Assembly: GCA_963693365.1 (NCBI GenBank)
Contig: CAVNZM010000007.1
Location: 3,500,159 to 3,564,158 of the forward strand
Direction of reading: 5' to 3'
Source of the DNA: Amoebidium appalachense
Lineage: Eukaryota > Protista > Ichthyosporea
DNA length: 64,000 bases
The notes under the pieces are model-generated. The model saw nothing but the letters and a program-made list of their open reading frames with translations. It did no database searches and was not told where the DNA came from. Shown one piece after another: positions 12,618 to 31,160 of the stretch (positions are counted from its first letter, which is position 1; each line of letters starts with the position of its first letter). The position numbers and the translations under genes are program-made.

Positions 12618-12732
12618 CAGGGCCCCGGGGGGTTAGAGTAGGGCAGCTGGGCCCAAGTGAGGGTTGGCAGGGAGGGCAGCGGGGCCCTGTGCAGGGGAAT
12701 GTGCCCGAGCACGCGGGGGTGTGGGCGGACAC
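10882..12732 (-). CDS. Ng-1 reverse transcriptase/RNase H (DIRS type); no AUG at ORF start
   Basis: KYRRIHHLS, ADVQAAFRH, LPFGLKSSP, YVDDW, RNaseH TDAAG, ELLA, CDN, ADAISR. Confidence 0.95.
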
Positions 12733-13013
12733 AGCGGTAGAAGAAGGGGGGGGGGAGGGAGTGCTAGGTGAGTGTAAGGGGGGGGGGGAGGCTCGTGGGA
12801 TGGGGGGGGGGGGAGTAAAATTATGTGCAGTGGCCAGAATAAACGTCTTTGTGTAGGGACATTTATTCTTGACGCGCGCGGGCGCCGTAGTTGGCCTGCG
12901 AAATTTTGTACTCAGCCCTATTGGCCCGTTCTCCCGAGCTCCGTTTCCCTGTACTCGTGTGTCCTAGCTCCTAACCCCTATGTTCTAGCTGTGTGTGTGG
13001 GTGTGCGCGTAGA

Positions 13014-13925
13014 CTAGGCATTGTGCTTGCAGTCTTTGCGGGGGTGTGTGCCAGAGCAGAGCGGGCACACGTGGGAGAAGGGGCAGGGCTGCTTAGCGCA
13101 GGACCGACCGTTAATGTGGAAATTCCTGCAGTGCGTCGCGGGTAGATCCACGGGTCGGGCCGGTTTTGCCGGGCCGGGTTGCGGGCCAGGGCGGTTAGGG
13201 GTGTGACCCCCGCCGGGCTTGTGGGGCGGCTTAAAGCCGTCAAGACCACAGCCGGGCTTGGGGTACATGGGGCAGGCCGCGCTGGGGTGGTCGGGGAAGC
13301 CACAGCGCTGACATGCGTCCGGGATGAGCAGAGTGGGTGGCAGGAGGAGATCCTGGTGGAGTTGGGCGAGCAGGTTGGGGCACTCGATCGGAGCCCGACC
13401 CTGCTGGTGGGCAACGGTGCGGGCGTATACGTCATAGTTGTGGATCTGGGCCCACGGGTATCGGGTGCTGAGGCGAGTGATGTGCTGAGTCCAAAGTACG
13501 TCTTTGTCCGTGGGAAGGCCGAGGTGGTGCTTGGCGGCCATGTAATGGGTCCAAGCTTGGATCCAAATGACGAGTGAACGCAGGGGAACGGGTTTGTCTT
13601 GGCGAAAAGTCTCGATGCTGCCGTCGTCGGCCATGCGCAGATGCTGACCTTTCTTGGATGGGGCCAGGAGGGCGGCGGGGGTGAACTTATACAGATCGAC
13701 GAAACGATTGGCGCGCAAATCTGCCAGCACATCCGCGGGGGGAAGCGGGAGTGTGCCCGGCTGAATGTCGCCAGTGTTCTCACCTGTGATGGGGGGCGCG
13801 GGCAGGGCAGGTAGGTCCAGGTCAGGGCCGAGATGCAGCCCCGGGGAAACCTCCCCGGGTGTGGAGGGCGCGGCGGGGGGCGCGGGAGGGTCGCGGTTGG
13901 TGAGAGCAGCCAGGACGCCAGCCAT
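13014..13925 (-). CDS. Ng-1 Gag-like ORF1 (N-terminus garbled) with Cys/His zinc fingers
   Basis: CQRCGFPDHPSAAC and HCRNFHINGRSCAKQPCPFSHVCPLCSGTHPRKDC. Confidence 0.85.
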   Translation of the reverse strand: MAGVLAALTNRDPPAPPAAPSTPGEVSPGLHLGPDLDLPALPAPPITGENTGDIQPGTLPLPPADVLADLRANRFVDLYKFTPAALLAPSKKGQHLRMADDGSIETFRQDKPVPLRSLVIWIQAWTHYMAAKHHLGLPTDKDVLWTQHITRLSTRYPWAQIHNYDVYARTVAHQQGRAPIECPNLLAQLHQDLLLPPTLLIPDACQRCGFPDHPSAACPMYPKPGCGLDGFKPPHKPGGGHTPNRPGPQPGPAKPARPVDLPATHCRNFHINGRSCAKQPCPFSHVCPLCSGTHPRKDCKHNA

Positions 13926-15676
13926 CTGGGTGCTGATGGGCGGTGAGGGCGGCCAGGACGGCGTCTTGAGAAGTCATCTGCGGGGACGGCGGGGCCTGAG
14001 GGGGGACTTCAGGAGTGGAGGGGAGAGTAGCCGGCGGGCGGGTCCGTGGGGTATGGGCCGCGGAGGCGCGTATCCGCGGGAGGGAGCGGGCGGAGGGCGC
14101 GGGAGGGGGGCCGCGGCGGGGGGGGAGGCGCGGCGGGGAGGGAAGAAGGGAAAAAAAGAAAGCCAAAACCCCCCCCACCCCCCCCACCCCCACCCCCCCC
14201 CACAAATAAAACAACCCCCACCTCCCCCCGCCCCCAACCCAACACAATACCACAGACACACCGAGTAGATGGCTCGGACAGACACATATCACTAGACGAT
14301 TGATGCCAGACGTAGGCGGAAAAGCACGAAGTCTACAGACGCAAGCCAACACCTTGCACCACGCCACAGCATAACCTCTCTCCCTATCTCCCACGCGTCA
14401 GCAGCGCGAAAAGCGCACAGCGCCGCCCGCCGCGCACAGCGCGACCCGCAGCCCCCGCCAGGGCGCACGGCCACGGACCGGACCGCTACTCCCCCCACGA
14501 GTCCCCCGCCCCCGTCCGGGCCCCCCCACCGCCAAGCACCAGATGGCGCCCCGCCCCCGCGCCCCCGCGCGCCCCCACCGGGGAGGTTTCCCCGGGGCTG
14601 CATCTCGGCCCTGACTAGACCTACCTGCCCTGCCCGCGCCCCCCATCACAGGTGAGAACACTGGCGACATCAGCCGGGCACACTCCCGCTTCCCCCGCGG
14701 ATGTGCTGGCAGATTGCGCGCCAATCGTTTGTCGACCTGTATAGTTCACCCCCGCCGCCCTCCTGGCCCCATCCAAGAAAGGTCAGCATCTGCGCATGGC
14801 CGACGACGGCAGCACGAGACGTTTCGCCAAGACAAACCCGTTCCCCTGCGTTCACTCGTCATTTGGATCCAAGCTTGGACCCATTACAGGCCGCCAAGCA
14901 CCACCTCGGCCTCCCCACGGACAAAGACGTACTTGGACTCAGCACATCACTCGCCTCAGCACCCGATACCCGTGGGCCCAGATCCACAACTATGACGTAT
15001 ACGCCCGCACCATTGCCCACCAGCAGGGTCGGGCTCCGATCGAGTGCCCAACCTGCTCGCCCAACTCCACCAGGATCTCCTCCTGCCACCCACTCTGCTC
15101 ATCCCGGACGCATGTCAGCGCTGGGCTTCCCCGACCACCCCAGCGCGGCCTGCCCCATGTACCCCAAGCCCGGCTGTGGTCTGACGGCTAGCCGCCCCAC
15201 AAGCCCGGCGGGGGTCAAACCCCTAACCGCCCTGGCCCGCAACCCGGCCCGGCAAAACCGGCCCGACCCGTGGATCTACCCGCGACGCACTGCAGGAATT
15301 TCCACATTAACGGTCGGTCCTGCGCTAAGCAGCCCTGCCCCTTCTCCCACGTGTGCCCGCTCTGCTCTGGCACACACCCCCGCAAAGACTGCAAGCACAA
15401 TGCCTAGTCTACGCGCACACCCACACACAAGCTAGAAATAGGGGTAGGAGCTAGGACACAGAGACAGGGAAACGGAGCTCGGGAGAACGGGCCAATAGGG
15501 CTGAGTACAAAATTTCGCAGGCCAACTACGGCGCCCGCGCGCATCAAGAATAAATGTCCCTACACAAAGACGTTTATTCTGGCCACTGCACATAATTTTA
15601 CTCCCCCCCCATCCCACGAGCCTCCCCCCCCCCTTACACTCACCTAGCACTCCCTCCCCCCCCTTCTTCTACCTCT

Positions 15677-17488
15677 GTGTCCGCCCACACCCCCGCGTGC
15701 TCGGGCACATTCCCCTGCACAGGGCCCCGCTGCCCTCCCTGCCAACCCTCACTTGGGCCCAGCTGCCCTACTCTAACCCCCCGGCCCCCCCCCCCCCCCC
15801 CCCCGCTGCCGGGATCTCCCCAAGGGTACACCACCCTTGCTAACCACCCCTTCCCCCGAGGCTCAGACCCGGAGGCCCGCCCGCTGCCCCAGCACCACAT
15901 TGACACCTCCCGCCTCCGGGAACTGCTGGCCTCCTACCCGGACCAACCATTCGCCGCACAACTCCTCCACGATGTCGAATTCGGCGTCGACATCGGCTAT
16001 CGCGGCCCCTCCACCTCTCGGGTGGGCCCCAACCTACCCACCACCCCGGAGGCAGCTGCCGCTCTCACGGTGGATATTGCCAAAGAAGTCGCCCTCGGCC
16101 ACCTGCGCGGCCCCCTCTCCCCGGCCCAATTCTTTGACGAATTTCCGGTCCACCGTTCCTCCCCCATCGGCGCCGTTACCAAGAAAGGGAACCCCCCCAA
16201 GTACCGTCGAATCCACCACCTCTCCTGGCCCCGGGGTAGCAGTGTCAATGACAGCATCACCTACCCCGACGAACTTCAGTACATTCGCGCCCGGGATGTC
16301 ACCCAACTCATTCTCGACGCAGGCCCCGGCTGCTACATGGCCGTGGCAGATGTGCAGGCTGCCTTCCGGCACATGCCCATCCGACCGGAAGACCACCACT
16401 TAATGGCATTCAAATGGCAAGGGCATTTTTACGTTGAAACCAGACTGCCCTTCGGCCTGAAATCTAGCCCAGCCATCTGGGAACGGATCGCGGCCACCCT
16501 ACAGTGGCTGGCACACCAGCACGGTATTACCCTCATCCGCCACTACGTAGACGACTGGATTATAGTCGCCCCCACACAAGAGCAGTGCCAACGTCACCTA
16601 TCCACCTTCCTGCAACTCTGCCGAGAGCTGCACATTGCCATCTCCGAAGACAAGATGCAGGGCCCGGCTACCCGTGTCGTCTTCATCGGTATCGAATTCG
16701 ACTCCATCACCATGGAGGCACGAATCCCGGCTTCCAAGCTCTCGGACCTACTCGACCTCACTTCCCACCCAAAGCCCACCATCACCATTCGGGACCTCCA
16801 GTCCCTCCTCGGCAAACTCACCTGGTGTGCCCAGCTGGTTCCCCCCGGGAGGGCCTTCTCCCAGCGCCTATGGGCCCTTCTCCGGACCCACCCACACCTT
16901 GCCGGCCACCACCACATACGACTGACTGCTGCCGCCCGGGCCGACATAGCCGAATGGCACCAGTTCCTCACATCATGGAATGGGGTGCACCTCATCACAC
17001 CCCCCACATACACCACCCTGGCCACTGATGCTGCCGGATCGGTGGGTCTAGGAGGCCACTGGCTCGACCAATGGTTCTTCATGCCCTGGTCCCCCTCCAC
17101 CCAAGCCCTCTATGCTCATGAGGGTAAACTCGGTTCTTCCGTCATCGAACTCCTGGCCATCGCAGCCGCCGTGGCCCTCTGGGCCCCCTCCTGGTCCACC
17201 CACCATGTCCGTATTTTATGCGACAACACGGGTGCTGTGTCTGACCTGCACTCCCGGTCTTCCCCCCACCCCGTGATGGCCAAACTTATTCGGTTCATCA
17301 CCCGCATGGAAATGCAATACCAATTTACGTTACAGGCATCCTACCTACCAGGACCCCTCAACCATCTGGCCGATGCCATTTCTCGTAACCAACTTCCCCG
17401 GGCCCGACGACTCCGACCTTCCCTGCAACCGGAGCCCTGCCCCTTCCCCTCCTGGGTCCACGAGTTCCTATCCCTTCCCTTGGGCTAA
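15677..17488 (+). CDS. Ng-2 reverse transcriptase/RNase H
   Basis: Nearly identical to Ng-1 RT/RH; YVDD intact. Confidence 0.93.
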   Translation: MSAHTPACSGTFPCTGPRCPPCQPSLGPSCPTLTPRPPPPPPPLPGSPQGYTTLANHPFPRGSDPEARPLPQHHIDTSRLRELLASYPDQPFAAQLLHDVEFGVDIGYRGPSTSRVGPNLPTTPEAAAALTVDIAKEVALGHLRGPLSPAQFFDEFPVHRSSPIGAVTKKGNPPKYRRIHHLSWPRGSSVNDSITYPDELQYIRARDVTQLILDAGPGCYMAVADVQAAFRHMPIRPEDHHLMAFKWQGHFYVETRLPFGLKSSPAIWERIAATLQWLAHQHGITLIRHYVDDWIIVAPTQEQCQRHLSTFLQLCRELHIAISEDKMQGPATRVVFIGIEFDSITMEARIPASKLSDLLDLTSHPKPTITIRDLQSLLGKLTWCAQLVPPGRAFSQRLWALLRTHPHLAGHHHIRLTAAARADIAEWHQFLTSWNGVHLITPPTYTTLATDAAGSVGLGGHWLDQWFFMPWSPSTQALYAHEGKLGSSVIELLAIAAAVALWAPSWSTHHVRILCDNTGAVSDLHSRSSPHPVMAKLIRFITRMEMQYQFTLQASYLPGPLNHLADAISRNQLPRARRLRPSLQPEPCPFPSWVHEFLSLPLG

Positions 17489-17699
17489 CCCCCCCCCCCC
17501 CCCCCAGATCCCCGCCGGAGCACACCAGATGGCCCCCCACTTGCTCCGACCGAGCGCGAGCCACCACACCCGCAGGAAGCCAGCCCGAGCCAACCCGACC
17601 CGGCCTTTATGGGCAAAAACACGATTTCTTGTGGCATCTCGGCGCAACCTCCTCCGTCCTCCCTCCCGGCCTCCCCACACACTCCGCCTGGGTGCCCAG

Positions 17700-24354
<6,655 letters not shown>

Positions 24355-25160
24355 TACAGGCCTCTTCCTTAACCGGCTACAATTCGGCCATCACCAGGCT
24401 CCACCTCGACATGGGCCTCCCTGCTCCCTACCCCCACGACAAGTCTCTGGCCTGGTTCCTACGGGGGGTGGGCCGATGGCAGCTTTCTCACAACATCCGA
24501 CCCCGCTCATCCACCAGGGAACCCCTCCTCCCCTCCCACCTCCGCCTACTCCATGGCCAGTGCCCCACCAAGGCCTCCTCGGCCAATCTCCGGCTATGGA
24601 CGGCCCTCATCGTCGGTTTCTGTGGTCTCCTCCGTTCAGGGGAATTTACCTCCAAGACCCTGACTTCTTTCGACCCGTCCCGTCACGTTAAACGGAAGGA
24701 CGTGACCTTCAGCTACACCCCCACCGGTACTTTGTCCCATGCCACCCTCCACCTGCCAACCTCTAAGACGGATGTACAGGCCCGAGGTGTCAACGTCACC
24801 CTAGCTGCCCTGCCCCTCACCCACTTCTCCCCAGCCCATCTCCTCCGGCAGTTCCTGGATACAACGTCCGGTCAACCCGACGACCCCCTCTTCAGTCTCG
24901 GTGGCATCCCCTACACCAAGAGTGCTTTCTCTGCCGATTTCCGTGCCCTCCTCTCCCGGGCAGGCCTCTCACCCTCCCGGTTTGCCGGACACAGCCTCCG
25001 CATCGGGGGGGCCACAGCACTGGCTGAGGCTGGGGTCGACGACTCCCGGATCAAACAACTCGGCAGGTGGTCCTCCGACTGCTTCCTGATCTATACCCGA
25101 CTTCGTCCGGCCTCCATTGCTGCCACCACCACACGTGTATTCGCCTCTATTCTTAAGTGA
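24355..25160 (+). pseudogene. 3' part of Ng-2 tyrosine recombinase, cut off by Copia-2
   Basis: Resumes at TACAGGCCTCTTCC; RSGE, HSLRIG, GRW motifs intact. Confidence 0.9.
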
Positions 25161-26439
25161 AACCTTTGGAGCAAGCATACTGCTCTCGTGCCGTGGTTTA
25201 CAACCATTGCAGGTTCACTTTCGTCCAAGGGGATGTCCCCCTAGAGGCAACACACGTCCCGGAGTAGTTTTCATAGAGGTTTTATTTGTGGAAATTATTG
25301 ACATAAATATTTTTCTGGGCAAACACGTAGGATGGGTGTTCGATACCAACATAACCATGTAGGCTTCATTTCGTGTTTTAGCAGTTAGCGGTTGGCTGCC
25401 CGCACACGGGCACCTATTAGCCAGTCAAAACATCAGATACCACAGATCACTAGACCGAGTTATGATTGGCTCGGATCAGATTTCACATATCACTAGATCG
25501 ATTTTTGATTGGCTCAGATCGGTAGGCTTAGGTATATAAGCACGACAGTTTTTAGCAGATCAGCAAGCTACAAACACATCTTCTGTGTTTAGCATCCACA
25601 GCCTTACAGCTATATATTCCTTTTCACCCACCCACCTACACCCACACACAACCCCCATTGATCCACACATACGTGCTGTTTTTTCACGGGGCGAAGACTT
25701 CCCCCGTTTTTTGGGCACATGGACCTCACGGATCAATAAATTGATGACTGGGGGCTTGCCGTGGTTTACAACCATTGCAGGTTCACTTTCGTCCAAGGGG
25801 ATGTCCCCCTAGAGGCAACACACGTCCCGGAGTAGTTTTCATAGATGTAATAAGATGTCCAAACATAATCCATAACACACCTTATGTATATCCATGGGCC
25901 ATCCCCAAGACTGTAACAATACCATCCATATTACTGTCGTAAAACGATATATCGTACAGTACAAACGGTCGTAAGACGATACATAATATCGTCGACATGT
26001 GGACTACGACATACAAACATGCTCGCCGGATATCGTAGATTTCACCATATTTTGGAGTACTAGCAAAATATTCAATGCAGAGTTCTTGTCGGTCATACGA
26101 TACGGCATCTTGCAGTAGTATTTGTGTGCACGCTCCCAGCTCTCAGCGGACTCCACCGGGCCAAAGAGGCGATAGTCGTCAGAATAATGCACACCAGCAT
26201 GGAATTTCGATGTTTTGAGTTCGTTTTTGGTGGAGTCCTTGAAGCACTCGTACGCAGCTTTGCCGAACCTGCGTTTTTTGTTGGTGATATTACTTTACAA
26301 TATAATGCACTAGAGCGGCACGGAGTCCATTACCAAATGGCGAAAGTTCTGCCATCATTACCTGTAGGATCTATACACCTAGACACGTGCAGGGAGGGGG
26401 GGGGGGGGTCGTAGTGGGAAGGAGGGAAGACAGGGGGGC

Positions 26440-26480
<41 letters not shown>

Positions 26481-26633
26481 ACACGTACGTTCTGTAACGC
26501 TCGTTCATCTCGTTGAGTGAGTCCTCGGTGAATTCGTATCCTGTCACCATGCTGTATCACTCGATTGTCGACCAACTACTGTGGTAGTATAATGCTATGA
26601 TGACAATTTGTGCATGCGTTACTTATAAGTATC

Positions 26634-28860
26634 GGGTTTTTTCAATAACTACCCACAGAGTAGCTTCTACCACGAGAAATTCACCACAAATTATAAGGGG
26701 GGATGGTGAATGTGCCCCTGGAGTACGAGGGTCACACGAAAAAAACACAATGTTGTAGCTCGTATAGAACCCACCTTGTAGCATAGTATATGTACATTGT
26801 GTTAGGGGTTTACACACTTTTTATTGCGTGGACACTGCCGGAGGCCCCGCCACATTCGACGGCCTACTGCGTTTTATTTACCAAAACGTTTATGCCGGGG
26901 ATGGTGAATGTGCCCCTGCAGTACGAGGGTCACACGAAAAAAACACAACGTTGTAGCTCGTATAGAACCCCCCTTGTAGCATAGTACATGTACATATGTT
27001 TCTTACACATTTTTGGTTTTTTCAATAACTACCCACAGAACAGCCTCTAGCACGAGAAATTTACCACACAGTTTGTGGGGGGGGATGGTGAATGTGCCCC
27101 TGGAGTACGAGGGTCACACGAAAAAAACACAACGTTGTAGCTCGTATAGAACCCCCCTTGTAGCATAGTACATGTACATATGTTACCTAGACATTATTGG
27201 TCTTTCAATAACTACCCACAGAACAGCCTCTAGCACGAGAGATTTATCACAACGTTTATGGGGGGGATGGTGAATGTGCCTCTGGAGTACGAGGGTCACA
27301 CGAAAAAAACACAACATTGTAGCTCGAATAGAACCCCCCTTGTAGCATAGTATATGTACATGTGTTACCTAGACATTATTGGTTTTTTCAATAACTACCC
27401 ACAGAACAGCCTCTAGCACGAGAAATTTACCACACAGTTTGTGGGGGGGATGGTGAATGTGCCCCTGGAGTACGAGGGTCACACGAAAAAAACACAACGT
27501 TGTAGCTCGTATAGAACCCCCCTTGTAGCATAGTACATGTACATATGTTACCTAGACATTATTGGTCTTTCAATAACTACCCACAGAACAGCCTCTAGCA
27601 CGAGAGATTTATCACAACGTTTATGGGGGGGATGGTGAATGTGCCTCTGGAGTACGAGGGTCACACGAAAAAAACACAACATTGTAGCTCGAATAGAACC
27701 CCCCTTGTAGCATAGTATATGTACATGTGTTACCTAGACATTATTGGTTTTTTCAATAACTACCCACAGAACAGCTTCTAGCACGAGACCTTTACCACAA
27801 CGTTTATGGTGGGGATGGTGAATGTGCCCCCTGGAGTACGAGGGTCACACGAAATAAACACAACGTTGTAGCTCGTATAGAACCCCCCTTGTAGCATAGT
27901 ATATGTACATATGTTACCTAGACATTATTGGTTTTTCAATAACTACCCACAGAACAGCCTCTAGCACGAGAGATTTACCACAACGTTTATGGGGTGGATG
28001 GTGAATGTGCCCCTGGAGTACGAGGGTCACACGAAAAAAACACAACAATGTAGCTCGAATAGAACCCCCCGTGTAGCATAGTATAAGTACATGTGTTACC
28101 TAGACATTATTCGTTTTTTCAATAACTACCCACAGAACAGCTTCTAGCACGAGAGCTTTACCACAACGTTTATGGGGGGGATGGTGAATGTGCCCCTGGA
28201 GTACGAGGGTCACACGAAAAAAACACAACGTTGTAGCTCGTATAGAACCCCCCTTGTAGCATAGTATATGTACATAGTATGTTACCTAGACATTATTGGT
28301 TTTTTCAATAACTACCCACAGAACAGCCTCTAGCACGAGAAATTTACCACAACGTTTATGGGGGGGATGGTATATGTGCCCCTGGAGGACGAGGGGCACA
28401 CGAAAAAAACACAATGTTGTAGCTCGAATAGACCCCCCTTGTAGCATAGTATATGTCCATGTGTTACCTAGACATTATTGGTTTTTTCAATAACTACCCA
28501 CAGAACAGCTTCTAGCACGAGACATTTACCACAAAGTGTATGGGGGGGATGGTGAATGTGCCCCTGGAGTACGAGGGTCACACGAAAAAAACACAACATT
28601 GTAGCTCGAATAGAACCCCCCTTGTAGTATAGTATAAGTATATGTGTTACCTAGACATTATTCGTTTTTTCAATAACTACCCACAGAACAGCTTCTAGCA
28701 CGAGAGCTTTACCACAACGTTTATGGGGGGGATGGTGAATGTGCCCCTGGAGTACGAAGACATTATTCGTTTTTTCAATAACTACCCACAGAACAGCTTC
28801 TAGCACGAGAACTTTACCACAAAGTTTATGGGGGGGATGGTGAATGTTCCCCTGGAGTAC
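26634..28860. repeat. Tandem satellite with about 183-bp monomer, about 12 copies; continues at 30806-30912
   Basis: AATAACTACCCACAG at 26644, 27024, 27207, 27390, 27572, 27755, 27938, 28121, 28307, 28489, 28672, then a deleted unit at 28777. Confidence 0.97.
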
Positions 28861-30805
28861 AGCAGGGCCCCGGGGGGTTAGAGTAGGGCAGCTGGGCCCA
28901 AGTGAGGGTTGGCAGGGAGGGCAGCGGGGCCCTGTGCAGGGGAATGTGCCCGAGCACGCGGGGGTGTGGGCGGACACAGAGGTAGAAGAAGGGGGGGGAG
29001 GGAGTGCTAGGTGAGTGTAAGGGGGGGGGAGGCTCGTGGGATGGGGGGGGGGAGTAAAATTATGTGCAGTGGCCAGAATAAACGTCTTTGTGTAGGGACA
29101 TTTATTCTTGACGCGCGCGGGCGCCGTAGTTGGCCTGCGAAATTTTGTACTCAGCCCTATTGGCCCGTTCTCCCGAGCTCCGTTTCCCTGTACTCGTGTG
29201 TCCTAGCTCCTAACCCCTATGTTCTAGCTGTGTGTGTGGGTGTGCGCGTAGACTAGGCATTGTGCTTGCAGTCTTTGCGGGGGTGTGTGCCAGAGCAGAG
29301 CGGGCACACGTGGGAGAAGGGGCAGGGCTGCTTAGCGCAGGACCGACCGTTAATGTGGAAATTCCTGCAGTGCGTCGCGGGTAGATCCACGGGTCGGGCC
29401 GGTTTTGCCGGGCCGGGTTGCGGGCCAGGGCGGTTAGGGGTTTGACCCCCGCCGGGCTTGTGGGGCGGCTTAAAGCCGTCAAGACCACAGCCGGGCTTGG
29501 GGTACATGGGGCAGGCCGCGCTGGGGTGGTCGGGGAAGCCACAGCGCTGACATGCGTCCGGGATGAGCAGAGTGGGTGGGTGGCAGGAGGAGATCCTGGT
29601 GGAGTTGGGCGAGCAGGTTGGGACACTCGATCGGAGCCCGACCCTGCTGGTGGGCAACGGTGGGGGCGTATACGTCATAGTTGTAGATCTGGGCCCACGG
29701 GTATCGGGTGCTGAGGCGAGTGATGTGCTGAGTCCAAAGTACGTCTTTGTCCGTGGGGAGGCCGAGGTGGTGCTTGGCGGCCATGTAATGGGTCCAAGCT
29801 TGGATCCAAATGACGAGTGAACGCAGGGGAACGGGTTTGTCTTGGCGAAAAGTCTCGATGCTGCCGTCGTCGGCCATGCGCAGATGATGACCTTTCTTGG
29901 ATGGGGCCAGGAGGGCGGCGGGGGTGAACTTATACAGGTCGACGAAACGATTGGCGCGCAAATCTGCCAGCACATCCGCGGGGGGAAGCGGGAGTGTGCC
30001 CGGCTGAATGTCGCCAGTGTTCTCACCTGTGATGGGGGGCGCGGGCAGGGCAGGTAGGTCTAGGTCAGGGCCGAGATGCAGCCTCGGGGAAACCTCCCCG
30101 GGTGTGGAGGGCGCGGCGGGGGGCGCGGGAGGGTCGCGGTTGGTGAGAGCAGCCAGGACGCCAGCCATCTGGGTGCTGATGGCGGTGAGGGCGGCCAGGA
30201 CGGCGTCTTGAGAAGTCATCTGCGGGGACGGCGGGGCCTGAGGGGGGACTTCAGGAGTGGAGGGGAGAGTAGCCGGCGGGTCCGGGTCCGTGGTGGTATG
30301 GGCCGCTGGAGGCGCGTCAGTGTCCGCGGGAGCGTTGGTCAGCCTGTGGCGGAGGTCGCTGCGGGTCAGGCGCTTAGGTGCCGCGGCAGGGGCGGCTGCT
30401 GAGGCCTGGCGCTTTTTCGGCGGCATGCTGACCGGCGTAGGGAAAGATAGGGAGAATGAAAAGGAATATATAGCTGTAAGGCTGTGGATGCTAAACACAG
30501 AAGATGTGTTTGTAGCTTGCTGATCTGCTAAAAACTGTCGTGCTTATATACCTAAGCCTACCGATCTGAGCCAATCAAAAATCGATCTAGTGATATGTGA
30601 AATCTGATCCGAGCCAATCATAACTCGGTCTAGTGATCTGTGGTATCTGATGTTTTGACTGGCTAATAGGTGCCCGTGTGCGGGCAGCCAACCGCTAACT
30701 GCTAAAACACGAAATGAAGCCTACATGGTTATGTTGGTATCGAACACCCATCCTACCTGTTTACCCAGAAAAATATTTATGTCAATAATTTCCACAAATA
30801 AAACC
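28861..30805 (-). mobile_element. YR retrotransposon copy Ng-3, 3'-truncated (A1, gag and spacer only), inside the satellite
   Basis: A1 30457-30805, gag ATG at 30426, ends just before the poly-C tract upstream of RT. Confidence 0.92.
29253..30426 (-). pseudogene. Ng-3 Gag starting MPPKKRQ; 4-bp CCCA duplication near 29580 frameshifts the zinc-finger end
   Basis: ORFs 29479-30498 and 29253-30026; the same duplication is in Ng-5a (near 49190) but not Ng-1. Confidence 0.85.
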
Positions 30806-31039
30806 AGAACTTTACCACAAAGTTTATGGGGGGGATGGTGAATGTGCCCCTGGAGTACGAGGGTCACACGAAAAAAACACAACGTTGTAGCTCGTATAGA
30901 ACCCCCTTTGTAGCCTGTAAATTACAACATCCTTGATTTTATACTAAACACGCGTAACTACGACCTGTTTATTAGATGTATTGATTGGCTTGAGAAACAC
31001 ATCACTACAAAATTATAGCGCACGCGCACACACACACAC

Positions 31040-31090
<51 letters not shown>

Positions 31091-31122
31091 CCAGCTGATA
31101 CCGAGTGTCCCGAGGGGAGCCC

Positions 31123-31160
<38 letters not shown>

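Larger units (their letters stand above)
9107..14050 (-). mobile_element. YR retrotransposon (DIRS order, Ngaro/PAT-type) copy Ng-1; 5' end garbled or lost
   Basis: gag, RT/RH, YR ORFs then B1 (9676-9764), A2 (about 9327-9675), B2 (9107-9195). Confidence 0.93.

Noticed and set aside
26634-28860. CRISPR array
   Set aside because: Whole 183-bp units repeat, with no unique spacers and no cas genes; eukaryotic context
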